This document shows, piece after piece, positions 39,210 through 52,589 of a stretch of 64,000 nucleotides of DNA; the first letter of the stretch is position 1; each line of letters starts with the position of its first letter. The stretch comes from Octopus vulgaris (taxonomy: Eukaryota): the NCBI GenBank assembly GCA_951406725.2, contig OX597830.1, forward strand, positions 45,508,001-45,572,000, read 5' to 3'. The translations under genes were made by a program, and so were the position numbers. The notes beneath the pieces are model-generated. The model did not search any database and had not been told where the DNA came from. It was given only the letters and a program-made list of their open reading frames with translations.

Positions 39210-40460
39210 GACAATATCCCACAATGTATTTGCAGTACCAGCGTTGATTCCAACATTTGGGATACTTGAGTGATCTGTAGAAGAAATCCACTCCATAGAC
39301 ATTAAAACCTGCAAGATTCTAACATCAACGGGAAATCTCCACAAAAATAATGATAAAGACAGACTCTACCTAAGAAGAGATAACGGAGGTAGAGGCTCGA
39401 GATCAGTGCAGTCAGCCTTCGAATGTTGCGGAGTCTCTCTGACAGCACTTGCTAAATAACGGCAGCAAAAATAAATACACTAGCTTAGTGCTGAAAAGTA
39501 AAAAACACAATATCTTATGTGTTGGAAGAGGACTCTCTTCCTAATGACCCCACCCCCTCCATACAACCCCAAATCAGCTGGACAAGAATACGTCGAAGAA
39601 GATCTAGAAGTGAAACGCTCAGCATACCAAAAAATGACCATGCGTGAGAATTTTTTTTCTTGTAGGCTTGAAGAAGAAAGTAACATGGACATGAAGTGAA
39701 GCCTCTCTTGGACTCGTGACCGCTTTGCAATCCAAGAACAGGGGATTGCTACCAAATACCTAATCAGCAAAAAAGACAGTGAATCCTTTGGAGTGCCAAG
39801 ATGCAGCTGCAAATGTAGATTATGTCATATTTCAGTGGAATATATCACACATGTGATTAGCAGCTACCTAAAAATGTCATTAAGGTACTACCTCCCTATG
39901 CGACATGACATTGTCGCAAAAACAATACATGTACAATGCCATTGTGGAAAAGAAACGTCCAAGAATAAATATAGAGAAAACATACATAGATACCTACACA
40001 AGGAGTGTTGGTGGAACATACTCATCAAAACAGCTGTCAAGTGTAAGGATAAAATGCCAGATATTGTTGTTTGACACAGACAAGAAAAAGTATGTACCGT
40101 CATAGAGGTCAGTTGTCCTGCTGATGTGAAAATCTCTTTGAAAATCAAAGAGAAAAAAGATCACTGCGGACAAATGCTTCGAAACCGCCAGCTTCTATGT
40201 CGGGATTTCGAATGTACATTTACACCAACAATAATTGGAGCACTTGGTTTTGTTAGTCAGGATAAGCTTGGATTTTAAGAAAAGAAATCAATCAGCCGAT
40301 ACAATCTGTAAGCGGTACAGTAAAACTATGCAGGACTTTGCTCAGGTTTAAAATGTGACATTGTTTTCCTTATCTAAATTCCGAAGATGGAGCTTTGTAT
40401 CTTTGTTAGAAACCAACTCATTCTTCAGAGGAAGAATTTAAATGATTAAAACACAAGATA
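39210..40460 (+). mobile_element. R4/Dong-like LINE 3' portion ending at (TACA)n
   Basis: DRLYLRRDNGGRGSRS, AIQEQGIATKY, CRLCHISVEYITHVISS..YLPMRHD, PDIVV..IEVSCPAD and IIGALG. Confidence 0.85.
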
Positions 40461-40519
40461 CATACATACATACATACATACATACATACATACATACATA
40501 CATACATACATACATACGT

Positions 40520-41110
40520 ATGTACGTACGTACGTGTTGTAGCTAGGACACTATATAACGAGATCCGTCGAAAGAAAAACCCCGAGAACAAAGAAATAAG
40601 AACTAACAGTATGGTGGAAACCATACCCGCTCATAATAAAAAAAAGAGTACTGGCGGAATGTCCCAGTAAAGACCTCAATGAAATATAAACACGATAGAC
40701 CTGATATAATGATTTGGATCAGAGAAGAGAAACTGTGTACAGTTGTGGAAATTAGCTGCCCAGCGGATGTTAACATAAAGCTGAAGATCAGGGGAAAAGA
40801 GAACACCTACACTGAGCTATTGAGAAATCTGCAGTTACTCCATCCAGATTACAAGTTCAGGTTTATACTTATAATTCTGGGGGCAGTGGGACATGTAACA
40901 CACTGCCTAGATACCGGCCTTGAGAAATTAGTTTTTTAGAAACCAGAAAGGAGAAAGCTGATTCGAAGACAACAGATTTAATCCATCGCGGGAACTGTAT
41001 AAATCTGTAAAACCTTCCAGAAGTTTATCATTTAAGTATATATGAGCATGTCTAGATATGCACGTATATGTATGAGAAGACATACACGAAACAAAACATA
41101 CAAATCTGCA
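40520..41110 (+). mobile_element. R4/Dong-like LINE 3' end (RLE domain)
   Basis: KHDRPDIMIW..VEISCPADVN..KENTY..FILIILGAVG; (TACA)n on both sides. Confidence 0.85.
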
Positions 41111-41208
41111 CGCATACATACCTACATACATACATACATACATATATACATACATACATACATACATACATACATACATACATACATACATACATACATA
41201 CATACATA

Positions 41209-41370
41209 GGCGTAGGAGTGGCTGTGTGGTAAGTAGCTTACTTACAAACCACATGGTTCCGGGTTCAGCCCCACTGCATGGCACCTTGGGCAAATGTCTT
41301 CTGCAATAGCCTCGGGTCGACCAAAGCCTTGTGAGTGGATTTGGTAGACGGAAACTGAAAGAAGCCCGTC

Positions 41371-41430
<60 letters not shown>

Positions 41431-41655
41431 GTGTATATGTTTGTGTGTTTGTGTTTGTCCTCCAGCATCGCTTGACAACCGATGCTGGTGTGTTTACGTC
41501 CCCGTAAGTTTGCAGTTCGGCAAAAGACACCGATAGAATAATTACTAGGCTTACAAAGAATAAGTCCTGGGGGCGATTTGCTCGACTAAAGGCGGTGCTA
41601 CAGCATGGCCACAGTCATAATGACTGAAACAAGTAAAAGAGTAGAGTAAAAAGAG
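41209..41655 (+). mobile_element. tRNA-derived SINE family A, full length, internal (TA)n
   Basis: tRNA-like head; tail ggcggtgctacagcatggccacagtcataatgactgaaacaagtaaaagag. Confidence 0.85.
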
Positions 41656-41978
41656 ATACATACGCAGATAACAAGCAGCGGGGAGGAAGGGAGTTTAGAG
41701 ATGTGCCAAGCAAAACTGTAATGTCAGAGTTGCGAGAGCATAAGAAGAATCTAGTTTCAATGTGGTTGGAATACAAGAAAGCCATTGATTCTGACCCCAC
41801 CAATAGGAACCGAGAAGCCCTCAACTTGCTAAAGTTCCGGAGAGCATACACAAAGCCACAGCTGACCTGGCTTCATCGCGGGCCACCATCATGAATTTAA
41901 ATACAAGGAGTAATTGTATTTACGGAGATGTACTCGCATAGCAAGTGATTTGATCTAAGATCGTGTGCTGGAACGAAA

Positions 41979-42277
41979 ACAATTGCAGCGTGGAAGGTGT
42001 TTGTAAGCCATTTAAGAAACACACAAAAGCCGTTCGATTCACTTCAACATTTAAGTTTAATTTGTCAAAATATTTTCGTCGCTTTAAGACCGTGACCTGT
42101 TCACTGACAAAAATCCGTGCTGCATCTGCAGATGCAGCACGGTTTTTTGTCAGTGAACAGGTCGCGGATTTTAGCGACGAAAATATTTTGACAAATTAAA
42201 CCTAAATGTTGAAGTGAATCGAACGGCTCTTGTGTGTTTTTTAAATGGCTTACAAACACCTTCCATGCTGCAATTGT
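41979..42277. repeat. Spacerless palindrome (arms about 150 bp) centred on gcatctg|cagatgc
   Basis: The arms are reverse complements with a few substitutions; each arm holds an HHR. Confidence 0.95.
42146..42195 (+). ncRNA. Type I hammerhead, G3-C8 compensatory variant (mirror copy 42061-42111 on -)
   Basis: Stem I tttgtca/tgacaaa (7 bp); GTGAACA 42153-42159; extra G; stem II gtcgc/gcgac; GAAA 42179-42182; palindromic AATATT; TTT triplet. Confidence 0.75.
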
Positions 42278-44360
42278 ATTATCACTGATAAAGTTCAATA
42301 TTGCAGAGGTATATTCCAAAGGGGTAGCCTCTCTGTGATGCTCTTCATACATTTTGTAAGTCCCTTGTCATTCACGTTGAGGAAGTCTGAATACTATTTC
42401 ACAGGTTCACTTGGAGACGTAAATACTAAAATTAGTCTCTTTGTGGAACTGTATCCTAAGAGTATGCATGAGATGAAAAAAGCCTTGATTTGGTTACAAC
42501 ATTCTTAAAGAGTACAAGGCTGGAGTTTGGTCAAGGAAAACTGTAAACCAAACTAACAGGATCTCCATCAATGACCTAACTGTTTTTCCTATATCTGATG
42601 AGGAATATTACAGGTACCTAGGTATATATGAACAGATATATTACGATGGTACCTGTATCAAGACACGTGTCACTTAAGAATATTACAGCCGGGTAAAGAA
42701 AATAAGAACCTCCGAACTGTCTGCATTCAATAAACCAAAAGCCCACAACGTGTTTGCTGTACATGGATTCATACCAACACTTGAACTACTTGACTGGACG
42801 CTTGATGAGATCCGAGTCCTTGATGGGAAAGCCCGAAAGATACTGACAAGCACAAATAATTTTTACATCAACAGCGACGTAAACAACATCTACCTAAAAC
42901 GAAAACAAGGAGGCAGACGCTTAACATCTTTCGGCAACACCTTTTAACCACTAAGTGTCGAAATGCATCCCTTCCCAAGTTTGCATACACGGGGTAGATA
43001 ACTTCATGAGACTTGGAAAGCAGCTCTTTAAGCGACATTCCTTGCCTGATAACCTTGAGTACATACCCAAAGAAGTCACACAACTCTATCGCAACGTATC
43101 ATCCGATGAAAGACTGAGCGCATATTAGCAGACTATCATACATGGATGTGATAGCAGAAAGTACTTGGAAGATAGTAACATTGAGCATCAAAGCAGTCTA
43201 TCATAGACCAGCAACCGGATTACTAACTCTCATTTTGAAGGGTATGCGTTTGCAATCCTGGAACAATAAATAGCATCCAAATACCCAATGCACAAGAGGA
43301 AGAGACGCAGGAAAAAAACTAAAATGTGAAAATCGATGCAGACTTTGTGGAGTTAGCACTGAAGATATCAACAACATCATAAGCAGTTGTCCGAAAATGT
43401 CATCGCGGTTTTATCTACCGATGAGACATGGTGTTGCAGCAAAGACACTGTAAAATGAAATCCGTTGGAATGATAATCCAGAGGCCAAACAGATAAGTCC
43501 CCACAGTGGGGTAGAGGCTATAGCTGCTTATAATCTGTTAAGAGTACTGCTGGAATGTCTCTGGGAAAACCTCAATAAAATGCAAATGTAAAAGACCAGA
43601 TATATTGATGTGGGACAAAGAAGGGAAACTATGCAGAGCATGGGAAATCAGTGAGCCAACGGATGTTAACAGAAAGCTAAAGGTCATTGAGAGAGTTGAC
43701 ACTGAACTATCGAGATATTTATAGTTACTCTATCCGGATTACAAGTTCAGGTTTATACCTGCAATTAATGGGACACTGGAATATGCAACACACTGCCTCG
43801 GAACCAATCTTGAGAAATGAGGCTTCTTAAAAACCAGAAAGGAGAAAGCCAATTAGAAGATTACAGATTCAAGCCATCACTGGAACTGTAAAAATGTGCA
43901 AAACTTTGCAAAAGTTTGGCATTTAAGTATATTAGTGTATGTGTAGACATGTAACTACATGCATGAGAATACCTACATGAAGCAAAACATACAAATCTGT
44001 AAATGCATTGACTCAAAATATTGCACATATACATACATACATACATACATACATACATACATACATACATACTCTATTGATATTTGTTGAAATTCCCATG
44101 AAGGAGCCATGGATCTAGGTTTGAAACCGGTTCTTTTTCTATTGACAAGAAATCTTGAGAAATAAAGTTGAATAATAGCATACATACATACCTGTATACA
44201 CACACGCACGCGAACACGCACACGCACATACAGACTCGCGCACATTTATACATTCATACACCTTTATACATATATATATATACTTAATATATACGTGGAT
44301 GCATATACGTGTATGTATGCATATATCTACGTATGATGCATGTATGTATGTATGTGTGTA

Positions 44361-44425
<65 letters not shown>

Positions 44426-44445
44426 TCATCTATATATATATGTAA

Positions 44446-44549
<104 letters not shown>

Positions 44550-44984
44550 GTAGGTAGGTAGGTAGGTAGGTAGGTAGGTAGATGGATAGATAGGCAGACA
44601 GACAGTTAGGCAGACTGACAGACACAGGCGTACACCCCACCACACACATATCCATGTCCATATATGCTTCTGTGTGTAAAAATCTAAATTTATATACAAA
44701 AGTCGAATATATTTCACGTCCTTAACAATGGTATTGTTTATGAGAATTTATTAACATAAAACAGATTCTAAAATTTCCATTTTAATTTAAGTCTGTTTTT
44801 TGTGTTAAACTTATTAACTAATTAATTGTGTAATAAAGAAATGTGAATTAATAATACAATTTATTAATTAATTAGAAATCGTTGCTATACGGATATAACC
44901 TTACTTAACCATATTGTAAAACATACATCGGTGAAGACATTACGTTCTACCTGGTACGTATCGTATGCGTTATAAACATATACA

Positions 44985-45015
<31 letters not shown>

Positions 45016-45234
45016 AATATGTATATATGTATGTGTGTGTGTATATATGTATGAATGTATGCATGTACATATATATATATATTATATCATATATATACCT
45101 ATATACTCACATACATGTATATCTGTATAAGTATGTATGTATACATGCGTATATGCTATATGTGTGTATGTATGTGTGCGCATGTGTGTCTTTTATTAGT
45201 TTTACATTACTAGACTTTATGGCCTATGGAGACT

Positions 45235-46330
45235 AATTCCAATGAAGCACCAAGGCTCCTTCATTGGAAATTTTAAAAGAGTGTTTTGCATATTTGTGCA
45301 TCTGTGTGCAATATTTTGAGTCAATGCATTTACAGATTTGCATGTTTTGCTTCATGTAGGTATTCTCATGCATGTAGTTACATATCTACACATACACTAA
45401 TATACTTAAATGCCAAACTTTTGCAAAGTTTTGCATATTTTTACTGTTCCAGTGATGGCTTGAATCTGTAATCTTCTAATTGGCTTTCTCCTTTCTGGTT
45501 TTAAGAAGCCTCATTTCTCAAGATTGGTTCCGAGGCGGTGTGTTGCATATTCCAGTGTCCCATTAATTGCAGGTATAAACCTGAACTTGTAATCCGGATA
45601 GAGTAACTATAAATATCTCGATAGTTCAGTGTCAACTCTCTCAATGACCTTTAGCTTTCTCTTAACATCCGTTGGCTCACTGATTTCCTATGCTCTGCAT
45701 AGTTTCCCTTCTTTGTCCCACATCAATATATCTGGTCTTTTACATTTGCATTTTATTGAGGTTTTCCCAGAGACATTCCAGCAGTACTCTTAACAGATTA
45801 TAAGCGTCTATAGCCTCTACCCCACTGTGCGGACATATCTGTTTGGCCTCTGGATTATCATTCCAACGGATTTCATTTTACAGTATCTTTGCTGCAACAC
45901 CATGTCTCATCGGTAGATAAAACCGTGATGACATTTTCGGACAACTGCTTATGATGTTGTTGATATCTTCAGTGCTAACTCCACAAAGTCTGCATCGATT
46001 ATCACATTTTAGTGTTTTTCCAGCGTCTCTTCCTCTTGTGCATTGAGTATTCCGATGCTATTTATTGTTCCAGGATTGCAAACGTATACTCTTCAAAATG
46101 AGAGTTAGTAATCCGGTTGCTGGTCCACGATAGACTGCTTTGATGCTCAATGTTACTATCATCCAAGTGCTTTCCGCTAACACTTGGATCGATGTTAAGC
46201 GTCTGCCTCCTTGTTTTCGTTTTAGGCAGATGTTGTTTACGTCGCTGTTGATGTAAAAATTATTTGTGCTAGTAAGTATTTTTCGGGTTTTCCCATCAAT
46301 GACTCGGATCTCATCAAGCGTCCAATCGAG
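45235..46330 (-). mobile_element. Inverted duplicate of the R4-like LINE segment at about 42792-44110 (internal deletion)
   Basis: High identity to the + copy, including shared stop codons; lacks about 42930-43150. Confidence 0.9.
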
Positions 46331-46449
46331 TGTATGTTTGTCTCTATGTATGTATGTATGTATGTATGTATGTATGTATGTATGTATGTATGTATGTTTG
46401 TATGCATGTAAGAATATATGTATGTGTACGCATGCATGCATGTAGACGA

Positions 46450-46504
<55 letters not shown>

Positions 46505-46524
46505 TATACATATATATATACATG

Positions 46525-46584
<60 letters not shown>

Positions 46585-46588
<4 letters not shown>

Positions 46589-46898
46589 CTGAAGTTGTAC
46601 TGTGTATGGCAGGTTTGGTAGCCTTCAACTAACACTATCTCCTCCGAAACCCTGCGGCGCAATTTGACCAAAATTGAAAGTATGATAGAAGAAGGCTTGC
46701 TCTTCATTCCGTGGAAGATAAAATTCAAATTGGACCATGTTGACACCAAATATTATTTACATCAAAAAGGTACTTTTTTTCTATGAAAATCCCTATTTTT
46801 TTTACGATTTTTTGACTGCTGTGTCGCCCTTTTTCGGTGTATTTCAACCAGAAAAATGTTCACTTAAAGAGAATAACAAGCTACATAATGCAAAATTT
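46585..46898 (+). mobile_element. Helitron (same family as 21822-22215), 3'-truncated at a SINE
   Basis: Reverse complement of most of 21890-22205. Confidence 0.75.
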
Positions 46899-47280
46899 GA
46901 CTCCGGTCACGCTGGAGCACTGCCTTTAGTCAAACAAGTCGACTCCAGCACTTATTCTTTTGTAAACCTTGTACTTATTCTATCGGTCTTTTTTGCCGAA
47001 CCGCTAAGTTACGGAGACGTAAACACACCAACATTGGTTGCCAAGCGATGGCGGGGGGGGGGGACAAACTCAGACACACAAATATATACACACGCACACA
47101 CACATACGCACATATACATACGACAGGCTTCTTTCAATTTCCGTCTACCAAATCTACTCACAAGGCTTTGGTCGGCTCCAGGCTGTAGTAGAAGACACTT
47201 GCTCAAGATGCCACACAATGGGACTGATCCTGGAAGCGTGTGGTTGGTAGACAAGCTATTTACCATACAGCCACTCCTAG
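46899..47280 (-). mobile_element. tRNA-derived SINE family A
   Basis: Reverse complement of 62433-62838. Confidence 0.8.
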
Positions 47281-47546
47281 TATATATACACTCATGTATA
47301 TATGAGCGTATGTATATATCCACGTGTATGTAAATATGTATGTGTACGTATATGTATATTTGTATGTATGTGCCTGTATGTATGTATGTATGTATGTATG
47401 TATGTATGTATGTATGTATGTATGTATGCAAGTATGAATTCGTAGTTGAATGTTTTATCTCCAATCCCATCCAAATTCCTGTTACAGGGAGTATTGTTGT
47501 TGTTGTTGGGGGGGGGGATAGTGGTAGTGGTATATAGGGTTGTAAA

Positions 47547-47781
47547 AGGCGGCGAGCTGGCCGAAACGTTAGCACGCCGGGCGAAATGCTTAGCGGTATT
47601 TCGTCTGCGTTACGTTGTGAGTTCAAATTCCGCCGAGGTCGACTTTGCCATTCATCCTTTCGGGGTCGATAAATTAAGTACCAGTTACGCACTGGGGTCG
47701 ATGTAATCGACTTAATACCTATGTCTGTCCTTGTTTGTCCCCTCTGTGTTTAGCCCCTTGTGGGTAATAAAGAAATAGGTA
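47547..47781 (+). mobile_element. tRNA-derived SINE family B, full length
   Basis: aggcggcgagctggccgaaacgttagc head; gagttcaaattcc B box; tail ccccttgtgggtaataaagaaat. Confidence 0.88.
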
Positions 47782-48240
47782 TATAGGGTTGTTGACATGC
47801 TTAGTTTGGGAAGAACCAGGAAGAAGCTCTCTACATTAGACGTGTGAATATATGTACATGTAAACATATGTACAAATTGTACGTGTGTGTGTATGTACGT
47901 ATGTTTGAGACACACATACATTTAACTCATAGTTAATTAGAATGATGTTTATCGTTTTTAGCTATCATTGTTTTAATTTTGTTTTGTGTCAGGGAGACGT
48001 GGAACTTACGTATCTTGAATCTGATAAATTGGTCAAAATTGTTCATTCATCTTGTATCTTATAAACGCACACACTTGCATGTGTAATGTTTATAGACACA
48101 CACACACTTAAATGTATATATACATCTTCCTATGCATGCATATATATATGTATATATATATATATATATATATCGTCAGTAAATCATAAATCCGAAAGAG
48201 CAAGACAGTAATTAGATAAAGGTAGTCATGGTCGGTCTAT

Positions 48241-48300
48241 GGTGTTACCCAGGGTTTCGCGTCCATAAAGTGCTTGGCTTTACAGAGTCTCTTCAGAAGA
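48241..48300 (-). ncRNA. Degenerate hammerhead motif
   Basis: Minus strand CTGAAGA-gactctgtaaag/ctttatggacgc-GAAA-CCCTGG-GTA; stem I is poor. Confidence 0.45.
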
Positions 48301-48359
48301 GACGTAACGCGCGCGCATATGGTTTAGATTTTGAAGGTCAGCAATTTCTAGAAATGGGA

Positions 48360-48530
48360 TTAATCAATTACATCGACCCCAGTGCGTAACTGGTACTTAT
48401 TTTATCGACCTCGAAAGAATGAAAAGTAAAGTCGACCTCGGCAGCGGAATTCGAATTCGGAACGTAAAGGCCAACGAAATACCTCTATGCACTTTGCTCG
48501 GCGCACTAACCATTCTGCCACCACGCCGCC
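48360..48530 (-). mobile_element. SINE family B, partial
   Basis: Homologous to 47547-47715. Confidence 0.75.
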
Positions 48531-48648
48531 CTCTCTGTGTTTATATAATATTAATATTATTGACATTTAAATAGAATCATGAGCCTACGCCGTATATTGA
48601 CTATAGAAAATAACCTAATATTAAGGGATATAAAGCTCGGGAGTTTCT

Positions 48649-48872
48649 AGGCACTAGAAACGTTAGCACGCCGGGCGAAATGCGTAGCCGTATTACGTCT
48701 GTCGTTACGTTCTGTGTTCAAATTCCGCCGAGGTCGACTTTGCCTTTCATCCTTTCGGGGTCGATAAATAAAGTACCAGTTTCCAACTGGGGTCGATGTA
48801 ATCGACTTAATCCCTTTGTGTGTCCTTGTTTGTCCCCTTCTATGTTTAGCCCCTTGTGGGCAGTAAAGAAAT
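48649..48872 (+). mobile_element. SINE family B
   Basis: Homologous to 47560-47777. Confidence 0.85.
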
Positions 48873-49669
48873 ATATTTTCTATCGTCAATATACTGTGAA
48901 GGCTTATAATTCTATTTACAAAATTTCCATCGACACCGTTTCTTAATTCACGCTTGTGTGTGTGTGTGTGTGTGTGTGGTATGTATGTGAGGGAAGAGGC
49001 GTATGTATACACACGCACTCATATATATATATACACACACGCATATGTACATATATACATACATGATAGTTGTGTGTGTGTGTGTGTACATAAACAAACA
49101 TACATACATACATACATACATACATACATACATACATACATACATACATACATACATACATACATACATACATACATACATACACTCTTTAACGTGAACG
49201 CAAAATAGTATTTGACAATGTACGTCCATGTGCTGAAATACCGCAGATGGTACCTTGGGGTAAATCTACTCAAATACAACAGCATTTTGTCAAGACTATT
49301 TCAAAATATATGTCGATCTCTTAGCTGCGCCAACTAAAAGTCATTCAGTTAGCAACGCAAGTGTCCTTCAGGCAGTTAACGCCAAAGAAATGTCCTTCAC
49401 TCAGCAACACTAAATAATTTCTCTCAATTATTTTTATTCCGAAACAATGAAAAACAGACGAAAAACATATTTGTATTTTCCGTTTTATTTCAAAAGTGAA
49501 ACTAAGCTGTCAGCCACACACGTAAACACGGTTGCGTTTTAGTAAATCATTTTGGTTTTTCTGTGAATCATGCTAAACAACGTACTTTCCTTTAGCTAAA
49601 TATTTTCGGTAATAAACAGAATTTTCGAGATCGTTTTACAGTTTTCATAAGCCAGAAAGGATGACTTAC

Positions 49670-49950
49670 CTTAAAGCAACTTTAAAGGGGGATTATGTTG
49701 CCAGAACCGGCTCGAGTGATGAAGATTTAAAACAAAAATTCCGTATAAATAGAGGTCCATCACATAAGGCACAAGAAACTAATTCTCTTGTGAAAGTCGT
49801 GACGTCTTCGCAGCTGGTATTGCGTGTCTACCGGTGCTAATCTAACTCCGTATTGTAATTACTCTTTAAATTAAGCATCATTCAGTCGAGATACTACTCA
49901 CTGAAGAACGATGCCATTTCCTACATGCAACTATCTCTCGCCGCCACCCA
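49670..49950 (-). other. Candidate non-coding 5' exon or promoter-proximal region, possibly of the GCNT-like gene
   Basis: Repeat-free, relatively CpG-rich stretch ending in a consensus donor AAG|GTAAGT (49670/49669) on the gene strand. The coding exon has its own acceptor, so an upstream exon is expected. The 5' boundary is a guess. Confidence 0.3.
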
Positions 49951-50239
49951 TCTCTCTCCTTCAGAGATTCCTCTTTCCTTTCGTCCGGCTTTCATATACA
50001 CTTAATCTGTCTTGCTACACACAGCGCTCTCGCTGCCTATTCGCAGAATGTTCTTTCCTCCACCTGGTTCTGCCACTTCTTCACTAAACACATCTCTACC
50101 GTTCTATTATCTCTTCTTCTTCTTCTTCTTCTTCTTCTTCTTCTTCTTCTTCTTCTTCTTCTTCTTCTTCTTCTTCTTCTTCTTCTTCTTCTGCTACAGC
50201 CACCACCACCACCACCACCACCACCAATCCGTATTCACA

Positions 50240-50277
<38 letters not shown>

Positions 50278-50461
50278 CGAACACACACACTCGCTGTCTC
50301 CCTCACATCCCCTCCTTACATCGCCGTGCCCACCACTCCTGCTCGCCCACTCACCTTCAGCACGTCTATCAACTCCATTATACTAACTTGTATGTCACTA
50401 TTATTCAACTCAGTGGAGACTTCCTTTCATTGCACTCACCTTCTACCTTCCACATCATAAT

Positions 50462-50570
<109 letters not shown>

Positions 50571-50697
50571 CACACATACACAGCTCGCACGCACGTTGAT
50601 ATTAAACTGATAGTTCCTTCCTTAAATTTCGTTATTTCAAACGCATACACGCATGTATATATGTTTATGTATGTATGTATATAGATGTAGATATAAT

Positions 50698-50869
<172 letters not shown>

Positions 50870-51394
50870 AATTTATTTACATACATGCATACATACATAC
50901 AATATATTTCTTCCATTATTTCAGTCTTTTTTCGTGTTCCCTTTCTCAATTTCATCCCCTCTTTTCTTCTCTCTAACCTTCCCACTTTCCCCCCTCTCTT
51001 CTCTCCCCCTCTCTCTCTCTCTCTCTCTCCCTCGCACCTAAACAACACTCTCCCTACACCTTTCCCCTTCTAAAAGTCCCTATTCTTTCTTTCTTTTCCC
51101 TTCTTCTTCTTCTACTTTTAGCCTATTTTCTTCCATCTTTTCTTTTCTTTCTTTCTTCACTCTGAGTTCTTCTTTGCTTTTCTAGTATTTTTGTTGTTTT
51201 TAATTTTCTTCCTTCCTTCCTTCAAACTGTTTTCTCTTGATCATTCATTTCTTCTTTCTTTTTTCTTTCTTCCTCATTTTCGTCGTTTCTTCTGTAAAAG
51301 ATGACAAGCGAGGAAAGAATTGCTGCTATTGACTGGACACACTCACCACTGGCCATTCGAAACGTTTCATAGATATGCGCTTATATACATACAG

Positions 51395-51485
<91 letters not shown>

Positions 51486-51717
51486 ATTCACTCACTCATG
51501 TACAAACATGTACACACAGCACATACACATATAGACACAGTATGCATGTACGGGAATGAATGCTTGTGTATGTATGATGTATGTGTATATGTATGAGTCA
51601 CAACACATAATACATGCATAATACATAATACATACATACATACATACATACATACATAATACATACAGACATATACATACATTCATACATACATAAGCAC
51701 ACACACACACATATATG

Positions 51718-51750
<33 letters not shown>

Positions 51751-52589
51751 TGTATGTATGTATATAAACACATACATTACATACATACATACTCTCTCTC
51801 TCTCACTCGCTTCTTCTTGCTCTTCTTTCTTGCTCTTCCCTTTTCCATCTTCCAAACATCCACCACAAACCACCAAACTGTTATTTACTTCAGTTTATCT
51901 CATTTTCACGACCAATGTATTCCCCGTATTCTTCAGCCTCGACGTTTGGCGAATCTATCAACAACAATCACGTGATTACTCAACAACCCCCCGTCTGCTA
52001 CTGCATCTTCAATATTCCACATCGCCATAGTCTTTCTTCACCTTCAATTTATCCATTTTTCTCTTCTCTCCATCCATGCAGATATGTTGCTAAGATAGTC
52101 GTACACATCAGATAAACGATCGTTTGGGGTTTTTTTGTTTTGATCCGTTTTTTTTTTTGTTTGTTTTTGTTTTTCTCGCCTCTTCGTTCTGCTTCGTCAG
52201 ACTTTCTTTCGCCTTGTAGTAAAGTCCTTATTCTAGTTATTTAACCCCAAGTCTGCTCTGATCAAACAGATCTAGGATCAAAAGCATTTCACCAGTGACC
52301 ACCCACCACCGCCTTCTTAAGAATGCATTTAAAACTACATTATTTAAGGTCCTTCACTTACTTAAGATAGTAAGATGCTATTTCAAAGAGATTTGGCTAT
52401 TATTCGTCGGTGATCAGACGACCAAGCAGAGGCCCTTCGCCTACAATGAATTTTTCTCATTATTCTGGACAGTTTTTTTTTTAATGCTTTCGTTCTTTAG
52501 CTTGTTTTAGCAATCACAACTATGTCCACGATGGAGTACGGCTTTCAGAACGAGAAAAATGGTAAATTTTGTTTGATCATATTGTTTTC

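Larger units (their letters stand above)
41660..44180 (+). mobile_element. Decayed R4/Dong-like LINE interrupted by an HHR palindrome
   Basis: [55 protein letters not shown] and KRPDILMW; 3' UTR with internal (TACA)n and AATAAA at about 44161. Confidence 0.85.
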
